DNA from: Nemertoderma westbladi
Taxonomy: Eukaryota; Animalia; Xenacoelomorpha
Reading direction: 5' to 3'
Length of the DNA stretch: 64,000 nt
NCBI GenBank assembly: GCA_032718475.1
Contig: JAUCBJ010008517.1
Coordinates: 1-64,000 of the forward strand
The number at the start of each line of letters is the position of its first letter. Within the stretch, counting starts at the first letter, position 1. The notes below the pieces were generated by a model, which was given only the letters and a program-made list of their open reading frames with translations, made no database searches and had not been told where the DNA came from. The position numbers were made by a program, and so were the translations under genes. Shown one piece after another: positions 36,601 through 49,500 of the stretch.

Positions 36601-39600
36601 GAATAAAAGTATAACGGTCCAGGTAGCAGTGGACAGAGCCTGGAATAAAAGTATAACGGTCCAGATAGCTGTGGACAAAGACTGGAATAAAGGATAACGG
36701 TCCAGGTAGCAGTGGACAGAGCCTGGAATAAAAGTATAACGGTCCAGGTAGCAGTGACAACGACTGGAATAAAGGATAACGGTCCAGGTAGCAGTGGACA
36801 AAGACTGGAATAAAGGATAACGGTCCAGGTAGCAGTGGACAGAGCCTGGAATAAAGGATAACGGTCCAGGTAGCAGTGGACAAAGACTGGAATAAAGGAT
36901 AACGGTCCAGGTAGCAGTGGACAGAGCCTGGAATAAAGGATAACGGTCCAGGTAGCAGTGGACAAAGACTGGAATAAAGGATAACGGTCCAGGTAGCAGT
37001 GGACAAAGACTGGAATAAAGGATAACGGTCCAGGTAGCAGTGGACAGAGCCTGGAATAAAGGTATAACGGTCCAGGTAGCAATGGGCAGAGCCTGGAATA
37101 AAAGGAAAACGGTCCAGGTAACGGTGGACAGAGCCTGAAATAAAAGGATAACGGTCCAGATGCTGTGGACAGAGCCTGAATTAAAGGATAACGGTCCAGG
37201 TAGCAATGGGCAGAGCCTGGAATAAAAGGAAAACGGTCCAGGTAACGGTAACGGTGGACAGAGCCTGAAATAAAAGGATAACGGTCCAGATAGTTGTGGA
37301 CAGAGCCTGAATTAAAGGATAACGGTCCAGGTAGCAATGGGCAGAGCCTGGAATAAAAGGAAAACGGTCCAGGTAACGGTGGACAGAGCCTGAAATAAAA
37401 GGATAACGGTCCAGATGCTGTGGACAGAGCCTGAATTAAAGGATAACGGTCCAGGTAGCAATGGGCAGAGCCTGGAATAAAAGGAAAACGGTCCAGGTAA
37501 CGGTGGACAGAGCCTGAAATAAAAGGATAACGGTCCAGATAGTTGTGGACAGAGCCTGAATTAAAGGATAACGGTCCAGGTAGCAATGGGCAGAGCCTGG
37601 AATAAAAGGAAAACGGTCCAGGTAACGGTGGAAAGAGCCTGAAATAAAAGGATAACGGTCCAGATAGCTGTGGACAGAGCCTGAATTAAAGGATAACGGT
37701 CCAGGTAGCAATGGGCAGAGCCTGGAATAAAAGGAAAACGGTCCAGGTAACGGTGGACAGAGCCTGAAATAAAAGGATAACGGTCCAGATAGCTGTGGAC
37801 AGAGCCTGAATTAAAGGATAACGGTCCAGGTAGCAGTGGACAGAGCCTGGAATAAAAGTATAACTGTCCAGGTAGCGGTGGACAGAGCCTGAAATAAAAG
37901 GATAACGGTCCAGATAGCTGTGGACAGAGCCTGAATTAAAGGATAACGGTCCAGGTAGCAATGGGCAGAGCCTGGAATAAAAGGAAAACGGTCCAGGTAA
38001 CGGTGGACAGAGCCTGAAATAAAAGGATAACGGTCCAGATAGCTGTGGACAGAGCCTGAATTAAAGGATAACGGTCCAGGTAGCAATGGGCAGAGCCTGG
38101 AATAAAAGGAAAACGGTCCAGGTAACGGTGGACAGAGCCTGAAATAAAAGGATAACGGTCCAGATAGCTGTGGACAGAGCCTGAATTAAAGGATAACGGT
38201 CCAGGTAGCAGTGGACAGAGCCTGGAATAAAAGTATAACTGTCCAGGTAGCGGTGGACAGAGCATGAAATAAAAGGATAACGGTCCAGATAGCAGTGGAC
38301 AGAGCCTGAATTAAAGGATAACGGTCCAAATAGCACTGGACAGAGCCTGGAATAAAATTATAACGGTCCAGGTAGCAGTGGACAGAGCCTGGAATAAAAG
38401 TATAACAGTCCAGGTAGCAGTGGACAAAGACTGGAATAAAGGATAACGGTCCAGGTAGCAGTGGACAGAGCCTGGAATAAAAGTATAACGGTCCAGGTAG
38501 CAGTGGACAGAGCCTGGAATAAAAGTATAACGGTCCAGATAGCTGTGGACAAAGACTGGAATAAAGGATAACGGTCCAGGTAGCAGTGGACAGAGCCTGG
38601 AATAAAAGTATAACGGTCCAGGTAGCAGTGGACAACGACTGGAATAAAGGATAACGGTCCAGGTAGCAGTGGACAAAGACTGGAATAAAGGATAACGGTC
38701 CAGGTAGCAGTGGACAGAGCCTGGAATAAAGGATAACGGTCCAGGTAGCAGTGGACAAAGACTGGAATAAAGGATAACGGTCCAGGTAGCAGTGGACAGA
38801 GCCTGGAATAAAGGATAACGGTCCAGGTAGCAGTGGACAAAGACTGGAATAAAGGATAACGGTCCAGGTAGCAGTTGACAAAGACTGGAATAAAGGATAA
38901 CGGTCCAGGTAGCAGTGGACAGAGCCTGGAATAAAGGTATAACGGTCCAGGTAGCAATGGGCAGAGCCTGGAATAAAAGGAAAACGGTCCAGGTAACGGT
39001 GGACAGAGCCTGAAATAAAAGGATAACGGTCCAGATAGCTGTGGACAGAGCCTGAATTAAAGGATAACGGTCCAGGTAGCAATGGGCAGAGCCTGGAATA
39101 AAAGGAAAACGGTCCAGGTAACGGTGGACAGAGCCTGAAATAAAAGGATAACGGTCCAGATAGCTGTGGACAGAGCCTGAATTAAAGGATAACGGTCCAG
39201 GTAGCAATGGGCAGAGCCTGGAATAAAAGGAAAACGGTCCAGGTAACGGTGGACAGAGCCTGAAATAAAAGGATAACGGTCCAGATAGCTGTGGACAGAG
39301 GCTGAATTAAAGGATAACGGTCCAGGTAGCAATGGGCAGAGCCTGGAATAAAAGGAAAACGGTCCAGGTAACGGTGGACAGAGCCTGAAATAAAAGGATA
39401 ACGGTCCAGATAGCTGTGGACAGAGCCTGAATTAAAGGATAACGGTCCAGGTAGCAATGGGCAGAGCCTGGAATAAAAGGAAAACGGTTGGGGTAACGGT
39501 GGACAGAGCCTGAAATAAAAGGATAACGGTCCAGATAGCTGTGGACAGAGCCTGAATTAAAGGATAACGGTCCAGGTAGCAGTGGACAGAGCCTGGAATA

Positions 39601-40870
39601 AAAGTATAACTGTCCAGGTAGCGGTGGACAGAGCATGAAATAAAAGGATAACGGTCCAGATAGCAGTGGATAGAGCCTGAATTAAAGGATAACGGTCCAA
39701 ATAGCAGTGGACAGAGCCTGGAATAAAATTATAACGGTCCAGGTAGCAGTGGACAGAGCCTGGAATAAAGGTATAACGGTCCAGGTAGCAATGGACAAAG
39801 ACTGGAATAAAGGATAACGGTCCAGGTAGCAGTGGACAAAGACTGGAATAAAGGATAACGGTCCAGGTAGCAGTGGACAGAGCCTGGAATAAAAGTATAA
39901 CGGTCCATGTAGCAGTGGACAAAGACTGGAATAAAGGATAACGGTCCAGGTAGCAGTGGACAAAGACTGGAATAAAGGATAACGGTCCAGGTAGCAGTGG
40001 ACAAAGACTGGAATAAAGGATAACGGTCCAGGTAGCAGTGGACAAAGACTGGAATAAAGGATAACGGTCCAGGTAGCAGTGGACAAAGACTGGAATAAAG
40101 GATAACGGTCCAGGTAGCAGTGGACAAAGACTGAAATAAAGGATAACGGTCCAGGTAGCAGTGGACAAAGACTGGAATAAAGGATAACGGTCCAGGTAGC
40201 AGTGGACAAAGACTGGAATAAAGGATAACGGCCCAGGTAGCAGTGGACAGAGCCTGGAATAAAGGATAACGGTCCAGGTAGCAGTGGATAAAGACTGGAA
40301 TAAAGGATAACGGTCCAGGTAGCAGTGGACAAAGACTGGAATAAAGGATAACGGTCCAGGTAGCAGTGGACAAAGACTGGAATAAAGGATAACGGTCCAG
40401 GTAGCAGTGGACAAAGACTGGAATAAAGGATAACGGTCCAGGTAGCAGTGGACAGAGCCTGGAATAAAAGGAAAACGGTCCAGGTAGCGGTGGACAGAGC
40501 CTGAAATAAAGGATAACGGTCCAGGTAGCAGTGGACAAAGACTGGAATAAAGGATAACGGTCCAGGTAGCAGTGGACAAAGACTGAAATAAAGGATAACG
40601 ATCCAGGTAGCAGTGGACAAAGACTGGAATAAAGGATAACGGTCCAGGTAGCAGTGGACAGAGCCTGAAATAAAAGGATAACGGTCCAGGTAGCAGTGGA
40701 CAGAGCCTGCAATAAAAGGATAACGGTCCAGGTAGCAGTGGACAGAACCTGCAATAAAAGGATAACGGTCCAGGTAGCAGTGGACAAAGACTGGAATAAA
40801 GGATAACGGTCCAGGTAGCAGTGGACAGAGACTGGAATAAAATGATGACAGTCAAGGTAGTCGTGGACAG
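33619..40870 (-). repeat. 41/42-bp tandem array (~175 units) made of the splice acceptor plus the first 30 nt of the MIGA penultimate exon
   Basis: Minus-strand unit CTTT(T)ATTYCAG|GCTCTGTCCACYGCTACCTGGACCGTTATC. The last unit runs directly into unique exon sequence. Confidence 0.95.
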
Positions 40871-41483
40871 AAGAAGTCGTGGGTATATGAGTTGTTTTAT
40901 AAGGCCATAAGGACAAAAATTGCAGTCATAAAATAACGCATCGGAATCATCAAGTGTATTTCCAGCAACAGCAGGCAAATCTATGTGGCATTACAGCAAA
41001 TAACTTTAGAAACTGTATAATAATTATTCTCCTTAAGAGTTAAAGTGTAATAGCAAGAAACATGTTTCAAGGGATTTCGTCCTGCAAACGAATACTACAG
41101 CTGTCAATTCTCGCCTCTATTGCAATCCTAATAAATTGAGGTCAGATATTTAATATTTAAACGCAGTAAATATGGTAAATGGTTATCTGTTGTTTATTAT
41201 TTATTCCGAGAATGGGTAAGAATCAGAACAAACCAATCATAATGATTTACTTATAAAAAGTAACAGGGCGGCAAATTTAAACAAGTTTGCTACTTAAAAA
41301 ATCTGCCTTTAATTAACTGTAATGATTTAGGAAGTTCGAAGGCAGATCAGCTCAAACCATAAACTTCAGTAATTTAGTCAAGCGACAAGGACAACACTGT
41401 GCACTTTTGTTTACCCATGCAAACAGTTGTAAGCACCGCGATAATCGTCAACATTAATCGAATCGAATATTGATTCCAACCAT

Positions 41484-41512
41484 AGGGAGGCGGAGTTCTC
41501 CTCTTTATAAAA
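41484..41512 (+). promoter_or_regulatory. Possible GC box and TATA box upstream of the LanCL gene
   Basis: gggaggcggag followed by tataaaa, about 150 bp upstream of the ATG. Motif match only. Confidence 0.3.
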
Positions 41513-41662
41513 CCTTTCGGGTCCGGTCAGTAGAATACCCGGTCCTCTGCCCCAATGATAGTCTCGGTACCTAATTACGTTACGTAGGTAGGCCTACGAT
41601 ATTATTTTGTAAACTTATTTTAAGTTACTATTCTATTATAATTGAATGTCTTGATTTGTATT

Positions 41663-42880
41663 ATGGGCGACAATTCCAGAGAATTTGTAAATAAACTCTC
41701 TGATTATCCGAAATCGCGATGCAGTGAAAACGAAATTATAACCGACCAATTTAAATCGGAAGTATCTTCATTCATTTCTCGGCAACTTATATCCTTGAGT
41801 AGAAAGATAAACAGCGACAGTAAAGACCACAAAGATACGTCAATATACACCGGGGTATCTGGATATGGGTTGCTCTATTTCATACTATCCGAGAAATACT
41901 TTACCGGCGCGCAAAGTAGGGAATACCTAGAGAAATCCTTAACTATCATCGATAAACCTTTACGAGGTTTAAACGGACGTCGGTACACCTTCCTCTGTGG
42001 AGACGCCGGCCCTCTGGCATTAGGCGCCGTGCTATACCATAAACTGGATCGCCAACAACAAAGCTTACAATGCGTAGCGCAACTGGAGCAGATTTCGCAT
42101 ATCGTAAACGAAGAAGATCGTTCCGATATTCCAAACGAGATTCTATACGGTAGAGCTGGATATCTGTATAGTCTGTTATTCGTGAAACGATATATCGGTG
42201 AGAATTCTATAAAAAGTGATATTATCGATAAAACTGTTAACGCGATTCTTTATTCCGGTTACCAATTCGCGACAAAGAATAAACTAGCGACCCCGTTGAT
42301 GTACGAATGGCACGACAAAGGATATTTAGGGGCGGCCCATGGTCTCAGCGGGATTATCCACACTCTGATATTATCCGGTAGGATATCCGGCGGTAATTCC
42401 ACCAAAGATATTCTACTGTCTACCGACTTCCTTATCGATAAGCAGTTCCCGTCTGGTAACCTGCCCTCGTCTCTAGGCAACGACAAGGATCGTCTGGTGC
42501 AATGGTGCCACGGTGCACCGGGGGTGGTGTTCACGCTTCTAGAGGTCTATAAACTAACCTCCTTAGATAAATACCTCGCGGCGGCGCTTCAATGCGGACA
42601 AGTTGTCTGGGAGTGGGGACTCGTAACCAAGGGTTACGGTCTGTGTCACGGCGTGGCCGGTAACGCCTACACCTTCCTAGCGTTGTACCGCGTTACCATG
42701 GATACCAAGCACCTGCACCGAGCGTGCCAGTTCGCCAGATGGTGCCTCGATCACGGCACCCACGGATGCCGCACCCCAGACAGACCCAACTCGATGTACG
42801 AAGGTCTCGCGGGGACTATCGTCTTCATGGCCGATATGTTAAACCCAAAAGAAGCAGGATTCCCCGGATTTCAGATTTAA
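41663..42880 (+). CDS. LANCL: LanC-like protein (LanCL1/LanCL2 type), 405 aa, intronless CDS
   Basis: SIYTG..G, TFLCGDAGPLA, EILYGRAGYL, YLGAAHG, LVQWCHGAPG, KGYGLCHGVAGNAY, TPDRP.S.YEGLAG, FPGF. Zn-ligand Cys/Cys/His and the GxxHG His are intact. First ATG is at 41663 (the ORF track starts at a TTG). Candidate AATAAA at 43173. Confidence 0.95.
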   Translation: MGDNSREFVNKLSDYPKSRCSENEIITDQFKSEVSSFISRQLISLSRKINSDSKDHKDTSIYTGVSGYGLLYFILSEKYFTGAQSREYLEKSLTIIDKPLRGLNGRRYTFLCGDAGPLALGAVLYHKLDRQQQSLQCVAQLEQISHIVNEEDRSDIPNEILYGRAGYLYSLLFVKRYIGENSIKSDIIDKTVNAILYSGYQFATKNKLATPLMYEWHDKGYLGAAHGLSGIIHTLILSGRISGGNSTKDILLSTDFLIDKQFPSGNLPSSLGNDKDRLVQWCHGAPGVVFTLLEVYKLTSLDKYLAAALQCGQVVWEWGLVTKGYGLCHGVAGNAYTFLALYRVTMDTKHLHRACQFARWCLDHGTHGCRTPDRPNSMYEGLAGTIVFMADMLNPKEAGFPGFQI

Positions 42881-43424
42881 CTAAAAAGCCCCCACCCCCA
42901 CCCCTGTTCCACTGGTAAATCATATATCGTTCAGTCGCAACGTCGGCCACAATATATGTCCCATGCCATGTTCTATATTTTGACTATCTGACCTGTGATT
43001 GGTTACTTTTAGTTATCAGCAAGTCGGAAAATATTGTACAGCAATGTACAAAAAAAACTTTCAGTTTCATCTGTATTAGGCCTAATGTCTAATAGTACTG
43101 CTATTTCAAGATGTTCACTGAGGTAAGATGTTCACTGTTCTCTGTTGTGAATTGTTACGATGTATGGCCAAGAATAAATACAATATCAGTGGCAGAAGTT
43201 GTTTTTCTATCCGAATTTTAGAGGATAATAATAATATGGACGATTTACCTCCCTAGGGGGATGATGTGTCGCGTAGAAATACATGTTAAGTGTTAATTAG
43301 CGGGATATTTAAAGTACCGTCATATAACATTTACAATAAATTATTCATTTATCGGTAAAATATCCATAAACACTTGTATCTAATAGTATGGATATGAATA
43401 ATGAACAGATATAACTTAACTAAC

Positions 43425-43563
43425 CCGTTGTTTAAAGGAATCGCTTAACCATCGGTTTTGGATGGCTGCGACGACAGCCGATGGTGGATTCTCTAAGTCA
43501 TCGAAGGAATCCATTAAAACGAAGTCGAGAACAATATCGTAGAACGAAAGAGAAACAACTCCT
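43425..43563 (-). CDS. MIGA: Mitoguardin internal exon ([R]GVVSLSFYDIVLDFVLMDSFDDLENPPSAVVAAIQNRWLSDSFKQR)
   Basis: Acceptor TGTTTTACAG|A (an alternative AG lies 2 nt downstream) and donor CGG|GTTAGT, phase 0. Strongly resembles the recalled MIGA motif RGVVCMSFFDIVLDFILMDAFEDLENPP.SV.AV..NRWLSDSFKE. Confidence 0.92.
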
Positions 43564-46500
43564 CTGTAAAACAAACAATATCGTAGAACGAAAGAGAAAC
43601 AACTCCTCTGTAAAACAAACAATATCGTAGAACGAAAGAGAAACAACTCCTCTGTAAAACAAACAATATCGTAGAACGAAAGAGAAACAACTCCTCTGTA
43701 AAACAAACAATATCGTTGAATGAAAGAGAAACAACTCCTCTGTAAAACAAACAATATCGTAGAATGACAGAGAAACAACTCCTCTGTAAAACAAACAATA
43801 TCGTAGTACGAAAGAGAAACAACTCCTCTGTAAAACAAACAATATCGTAGTACGAAAGAGAAACAACTCCTCTGTAAAACAAACAATATCGTAGAACGAA
43901 AGAGAAACAACTCCTCTGTAAAACAAACAATATCGTAGAACGAAAGAGAAACAACTCCTCTGTAAAACAAACAATATCGTAGAACGAAAGAGAAACAACT
44001 CCTCTGTAAAACAAACAATATCGTAGAACGACAGAGAAACAACTCCTCTGTAAAACAAACAATATCGTAGTACGAAAGAGAAACAACTCCTCTGTAAAAC
44101 AAACAATATCGTAGAACGAAAGAGAAACAACTCCTCTGTAAAACAAACAATATCGTAGAACGAAAGAGAAACAACTCCTCTGTAAAACAAACAATATCGT
44201 AGAACGAAAGAGAAACAACTCCTCTGTAAAACAAACAATATCGTAGAACGACAGAGAAACAACTCCTCTGTAAAACAAACAATATCGTAGAACGAAAGAG
44301 AAACAACTCCTCTGTAAAACAAACAATATCATAGAACGACAGAGAAACAACTCCTCTGTAAAACAAACAATATCGTAGTACGAAAGAGAAACAACTCCTC
44401 TGTAAAACAAACAATATCGTAGAACGAAAGAGAAACAACTCCTCTGTAAAACAAACAATATCGTAGTACGAAAGAGAAACAACTCCTCTGTAAAACAAAC
44501 AATATCGTAGAACGAAAGAAAAACAACTCCTCTGTAAAACAAACAATATCGTAGAACGAAAGAAAAACAACTCCTCTGTAAAACAAACAATATCGTAGAA
44601 CGACAGAGAAACAACTCTGTAAAACAAACAATATCGTAGAACGACAGAGAAACAACTCCTCTGTAAAACAAACAATATCGTAGAACGAAAGAAAAACAAC
44701 TCCTATGTAAAACAAACAATATCGTAGAACGACAGAGAAACAACTCCTCTGTAAAACAAACAATATCGTAGAACGAAAGAGAAACAACTCCTCTGTAAAA
44801 CAAACAATATCGTAGAACGAAAGAGAAACAACTCCTCTGTAAAACAAACAATATAGTAGAACGAAAGAAAAACAACTCCTATGTAAAACAAACAATATCG
44901 TAGAACGACAGAGAAACAACTCCTCTGTAAAACAAACAATATCGTAGAACGAAAGAGAAACAACTCTGTAAAACAAACAATATCGTAGAACGACAGAGAA
45001 ACAACTCCTCTGTAAAACAAACAATATCGTAGAACGAAAGAAAAACAACTCCTATGTAAAACAAACAATATCATAGAACGAAAGAGAAACAACTCCTCTG
45101 TAAAACAAACAATATCGTAGAACGAAAGAAAAACAACTCCTATGTAAAACAAACAATATCGTAGAACGAAAGAAAAACAACTCCTATGTAAAACAAACAA
45201 TATAGTAGAACGAAAGAAAAACAACTCCTATGTAAAACAAACAATATCGTAGAACGACAGAGAAACAACTCCTCTGTAAAACAAACAATATTGTAGAACG
45301 AAAGAGAAACAACTCTGTAAAACAAACAATATCGTAGAACGAAAGAAAAACAACTCCTATGTAAAACAAACAATATCGTAGAACGACAGAGAAACAACTC
45401 CTCTGTAAAACAAACAATATCGTAGAACGAAAGAGAAACAACTCTGTAAAACAAACAATATCGTAGAACGACAGAGAAACAACTCCTCTGTAAAACAAAC
45501 AATATCGTAGAACGAAAGAAAAACAACTCCTATGTAAAACAAACAATATCGTAGAACGAAAGAGAAACAACTCCTCTGTAAAACAAACAATATCGTAGAA
45601 CGAAAGAAAAACAACTCCTATGTAAAACAAACAATATAGTAGAACGAAAGAAAAACAACTCCTATGTAAAACAAACAATATCGTAGAACGACAGAGAAAC
45701 AACTCCTCTGTAAAACAAACAATATCGTAGAACGAAAGAGAAACAACTCTGTAAAACAAACAATATCGTAGAACGACAGAGAAACAACTCCTCTGTAAAA
45801 CAAACAATATCGTAGAACGAAAGAAAAACAACTCCTATGTAAAACAAACAATATCGTAGAACGACAGAGAAACAACTCCTCTGTAAAACAAACAATATCG
45901 TAGAACGAAAGAAAAACAACTCCTATGTAAAACAAACAATATCATAGAACGACAGAGAAACAACTCCTCTGTAAAACAAACAATATCGTAGAACGAAAGA
46001 AAAACAACTCCTCTGTAAAACAAACAATATCGTAGAACGACAGAGAAACAACTCCTCTGTAAAACAAACAATATCGTAGAACGAAAGAGAAACAACTCCT
46101 CTGTAAAACAAACAATATCGTAGAACGACAGAGAAACAACTCCTCTGTAAAACAAACAATATCGTAGAATGACAGAGAAACAACTCCTCTGTAAAACAAA
46201 CAATATCGTAGAACGACAGAAAAACAACTCATCTGTAAAACAAACAATATCGTAGAACGACAGAGAAACAACTCCTCTGTAAAACAAACAATATCGTAGA
46301 ACGAAAGAAAAACAACTCCTCTGTAAAACAAACAATATCGTAGAACGACAGAGAAACAACTCCTCTGTAAAACAAACAATATCGTAGAACGAAAGAGAAA
46401 CAACTCCTCTGTAAAACAAACAATATCGTAGAACGACAGAGAAACAACTCCTCCGTAAAACAAACAATATTGTAGAACGAAAGAAAAACAACTCCTCTGT

Positions 46501-49500
46501 AAAACAAACAATATCGTAGAACGAAAGAGAAACAACTCCTCTGTAAAACAAACAATATCGTAGAATGAAAAAGAAACAACTCCTCTGTAAAACAAACAAT
46601 ATCGTAGAACGACAGAGAAACAACTCCTCTGTAAAACAAACAATATTGTAGAACGAAAGAAAAACAACTCCTCTGTAAAACAAACAATATCGTAGAACGA
46701 AAGAGAAACAACTCCTCTGTAAAACAAACAATATCGTAGAACGAAAGAGAAACAACTCCTCTGTAAAACAAACAATATCGTAGAACGAAAGAGAAACAAC
46801 TCCTCTGTAAAACAAACAATATTATAGAAAGAAAGAGAAACAACTCCTCTGTAAAACAAACAATATCGTAGAACGAAAGAGAAACAACTCCTCTGTAAAA
46901 CAAACAATATAGTAGAACGAAAGAGAAACAACTCCTCTGTAAAACAAACAATATCGTTGAACGAAAGAGAAACAACTCCTCTGTAAAACAAACAATATCG
47001 TAGAACGAAAGAGAAACAACTCCTCTGTAAAACAAACAATATCGTAGAGCGAAAGAGAAACAACTCCTCTGTAAAACAAACAATATCGTAGAACGAAAGA
47101 GAAACAACTCCTCTGTAAAACAAACAATATAGTAGAACGAAAGAGAAACAACTCCTCTGTAAAACAAACAATATCGTAGAACGAAAGAGAAACAACTCCT
47201 CTGTAAAACAAACAATATCGTTGAATGAAAGAGAAACAACTCCTCTGTAAAACAAACAATATCGTAGAACGAAAGAGAAACAACTCCTCTGTAAAACAAA
47301 CAATATCGTAGAACGAAAGAGAAACAACTCCTCTGTAAAACAAACAATATAGTAGAACGAAAGAGAAACAACTCCTCTGTAAAACAAACAATATCGTAGA
47401 ACGAAAGAGAAACAACTCCTCTGTAAAACAAACAATATAGTAGAACGAAAGAGAAACAACTCCTCTGTAAAACAAACAATATCGTTGAACGAAAGAGAAA
47501 CAACTCCTCTGTAAAACAAACAATATCGTAGAACGAAAGAGAAATAACTCCTCTGTAACACAAACAATATCGTAGAACGACAGAGAAACAACTCCTCTGT
47601 AAAACAAACAATATCGTAGAACGAAAGAAAAACAACTCCTATGTAAAACAAACAATATCGTAGAACGACAGAGAAACAACTCCTCTGTAAAACAAACAAT
47701 ATCGTAGAACGAAAGAAAAACAACTCCTATGTAAAACAAACAATATCATAGAACGACAGAGAAACAACTCCTCTGTAAAACAAACAATATCGTAGAACGA
47801 AAGAAAAACAACTCCTCTGTAAAACAAACAATATCGTAGAACGACAGAGAAACAACTCCTCTGTAAAACAAACAATATCGTAGAACGAAAGAGAAACAAC
47901 TCCTCTGTAAAACAAACAATATCGTAGAACGACAGAGAAACAACTCCTCTGTAAAACAAACAATATCGTAGAATGACAGAGAAACAACTCCTCTGTAAAA
48001 CAAACAATATCGTAGAACGACAGAAAAACAACTCCTCTGTAAAACAAACAATATCGTAGAACGACAGAGAAACAACTCCTCTGTAAAACAAACAATATCG
48101 TAGAACGAAAGAAAAACAACTCCTCTGTAAAACAAACAATATCGTAGAACGACAGAGAAACAACTCCTCTGTAAAACAAACAATATCGTAGAACGAAAGA
48201 GAAACAACTCCTCTGTAAAACAAACAATATCGTAGAACGACAGAGAAACAACTCCTCCGTAAAACAAACAATATTGTAGAACGAAAGAAAAACAACTCCT
48301 CTGTAAAACAAACAATATCGTAGAACGAAAGAGAAACAACTCCTCTGTAAAACAAACAATATCGTAGAATGAAAAAGAAACAACTCCTCTGTAAAACAAA
48401 CAATATCGTAGAACGACAGAGAAACAACTCCTCTGTAAAACAAACAATATTGTAGAACGAAAGAAAAACAACTCCTCTGTAAAACAAACAATATCGTAGA
48501 ACGAAAGAGAAACAACTCCTCTGTAAAACAAACAATATCGTAGAACGAAAGAGAAACAACTCCTCTGTAAAACAAACAATATCGTAGAACGAAAGAGAAA
48601 CAACTCCTCTGTAAAACAAACAATATTATAGAAAGAAAGAGAAACAACTCCTCTGTAAAACAAACAATATCGTAGAACGAAAGAGAAACAACTCCTCTGT
48701 AAAACAAACAATATAGTAGAACGAAAGAGAAACAACTCCTCTGTAAAACAAACAATATCGTTGAACGAAAGAGAAACAACTCCTCTGTAAAACAAACAAT
48801 ATCGTAGAACGAAAGAGAAACAACTCCTCTGTAAAACAAACAATATCGTAGAGCGAAAGAGAAACAACTCCTCTGTAAAACAAACAATATCGTAGAACGA
48901 AAGAGAAACAACTCCTCTGTAAAACAAACAATATAGTAGAACGAAAGAGAAACAACTCCTCTGTAAAACAAACAATATCGTAGAACGAAAGAGAAACAAC
49001 TCCTCTGTAAAACAAACAATATCGTTGAATGAAAGAGAAACAACTCCTCTGTAAAACAAACAATATCGTAGAACGAAAGAGAAACAACTCCTCTGTAAAA
49101 CAAACAATATCGTAGAACGAAAGAGAAACAACTCCTCTGTAAAACAAACAATATAGTAGAACGAAAGAGAAACAACTCCTCTGTAAAACAAACAATATCG
49201 TAGAACGAAAGAGAAACAACTCCTCTGTAAAACAAACAATATAGTAGAACGAAAGAGAAACAACTCCTCTGTAAAACAAACAATATCGTTGAACGAAAGA
49301 GAAACAACTCCTCTGTAAAACAAACAATATCGTAGAACGAAAGAGAAATAACTCCTCTGTAACACAAACAATATCGTAGAACGAAAGAGAAACAACTCCT
49401 CTGTAAAACAAACAATATAGTAGAACGAAAGAGAAACAACTCCTCTGTAAAACAAACAATATGGTAGAACGAAAGAGAAACAACTCCTCTGTAAAACAAA

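Noticed and set aside
33611-40978. Repetitive ALSTATWTVIL / LPGPLSF ORFs
   Set aside because: Same artefact as above, from the 41/42-bp array. They are not independent genes.
41663-42880. Bacterial lanthipeptide cluster or horizontal transfer of lanC
   Set aside because: The motifs are of the eukaryotic LanCL1/2 type, and no LanB, precursor peptide or transporter gene is nearby.
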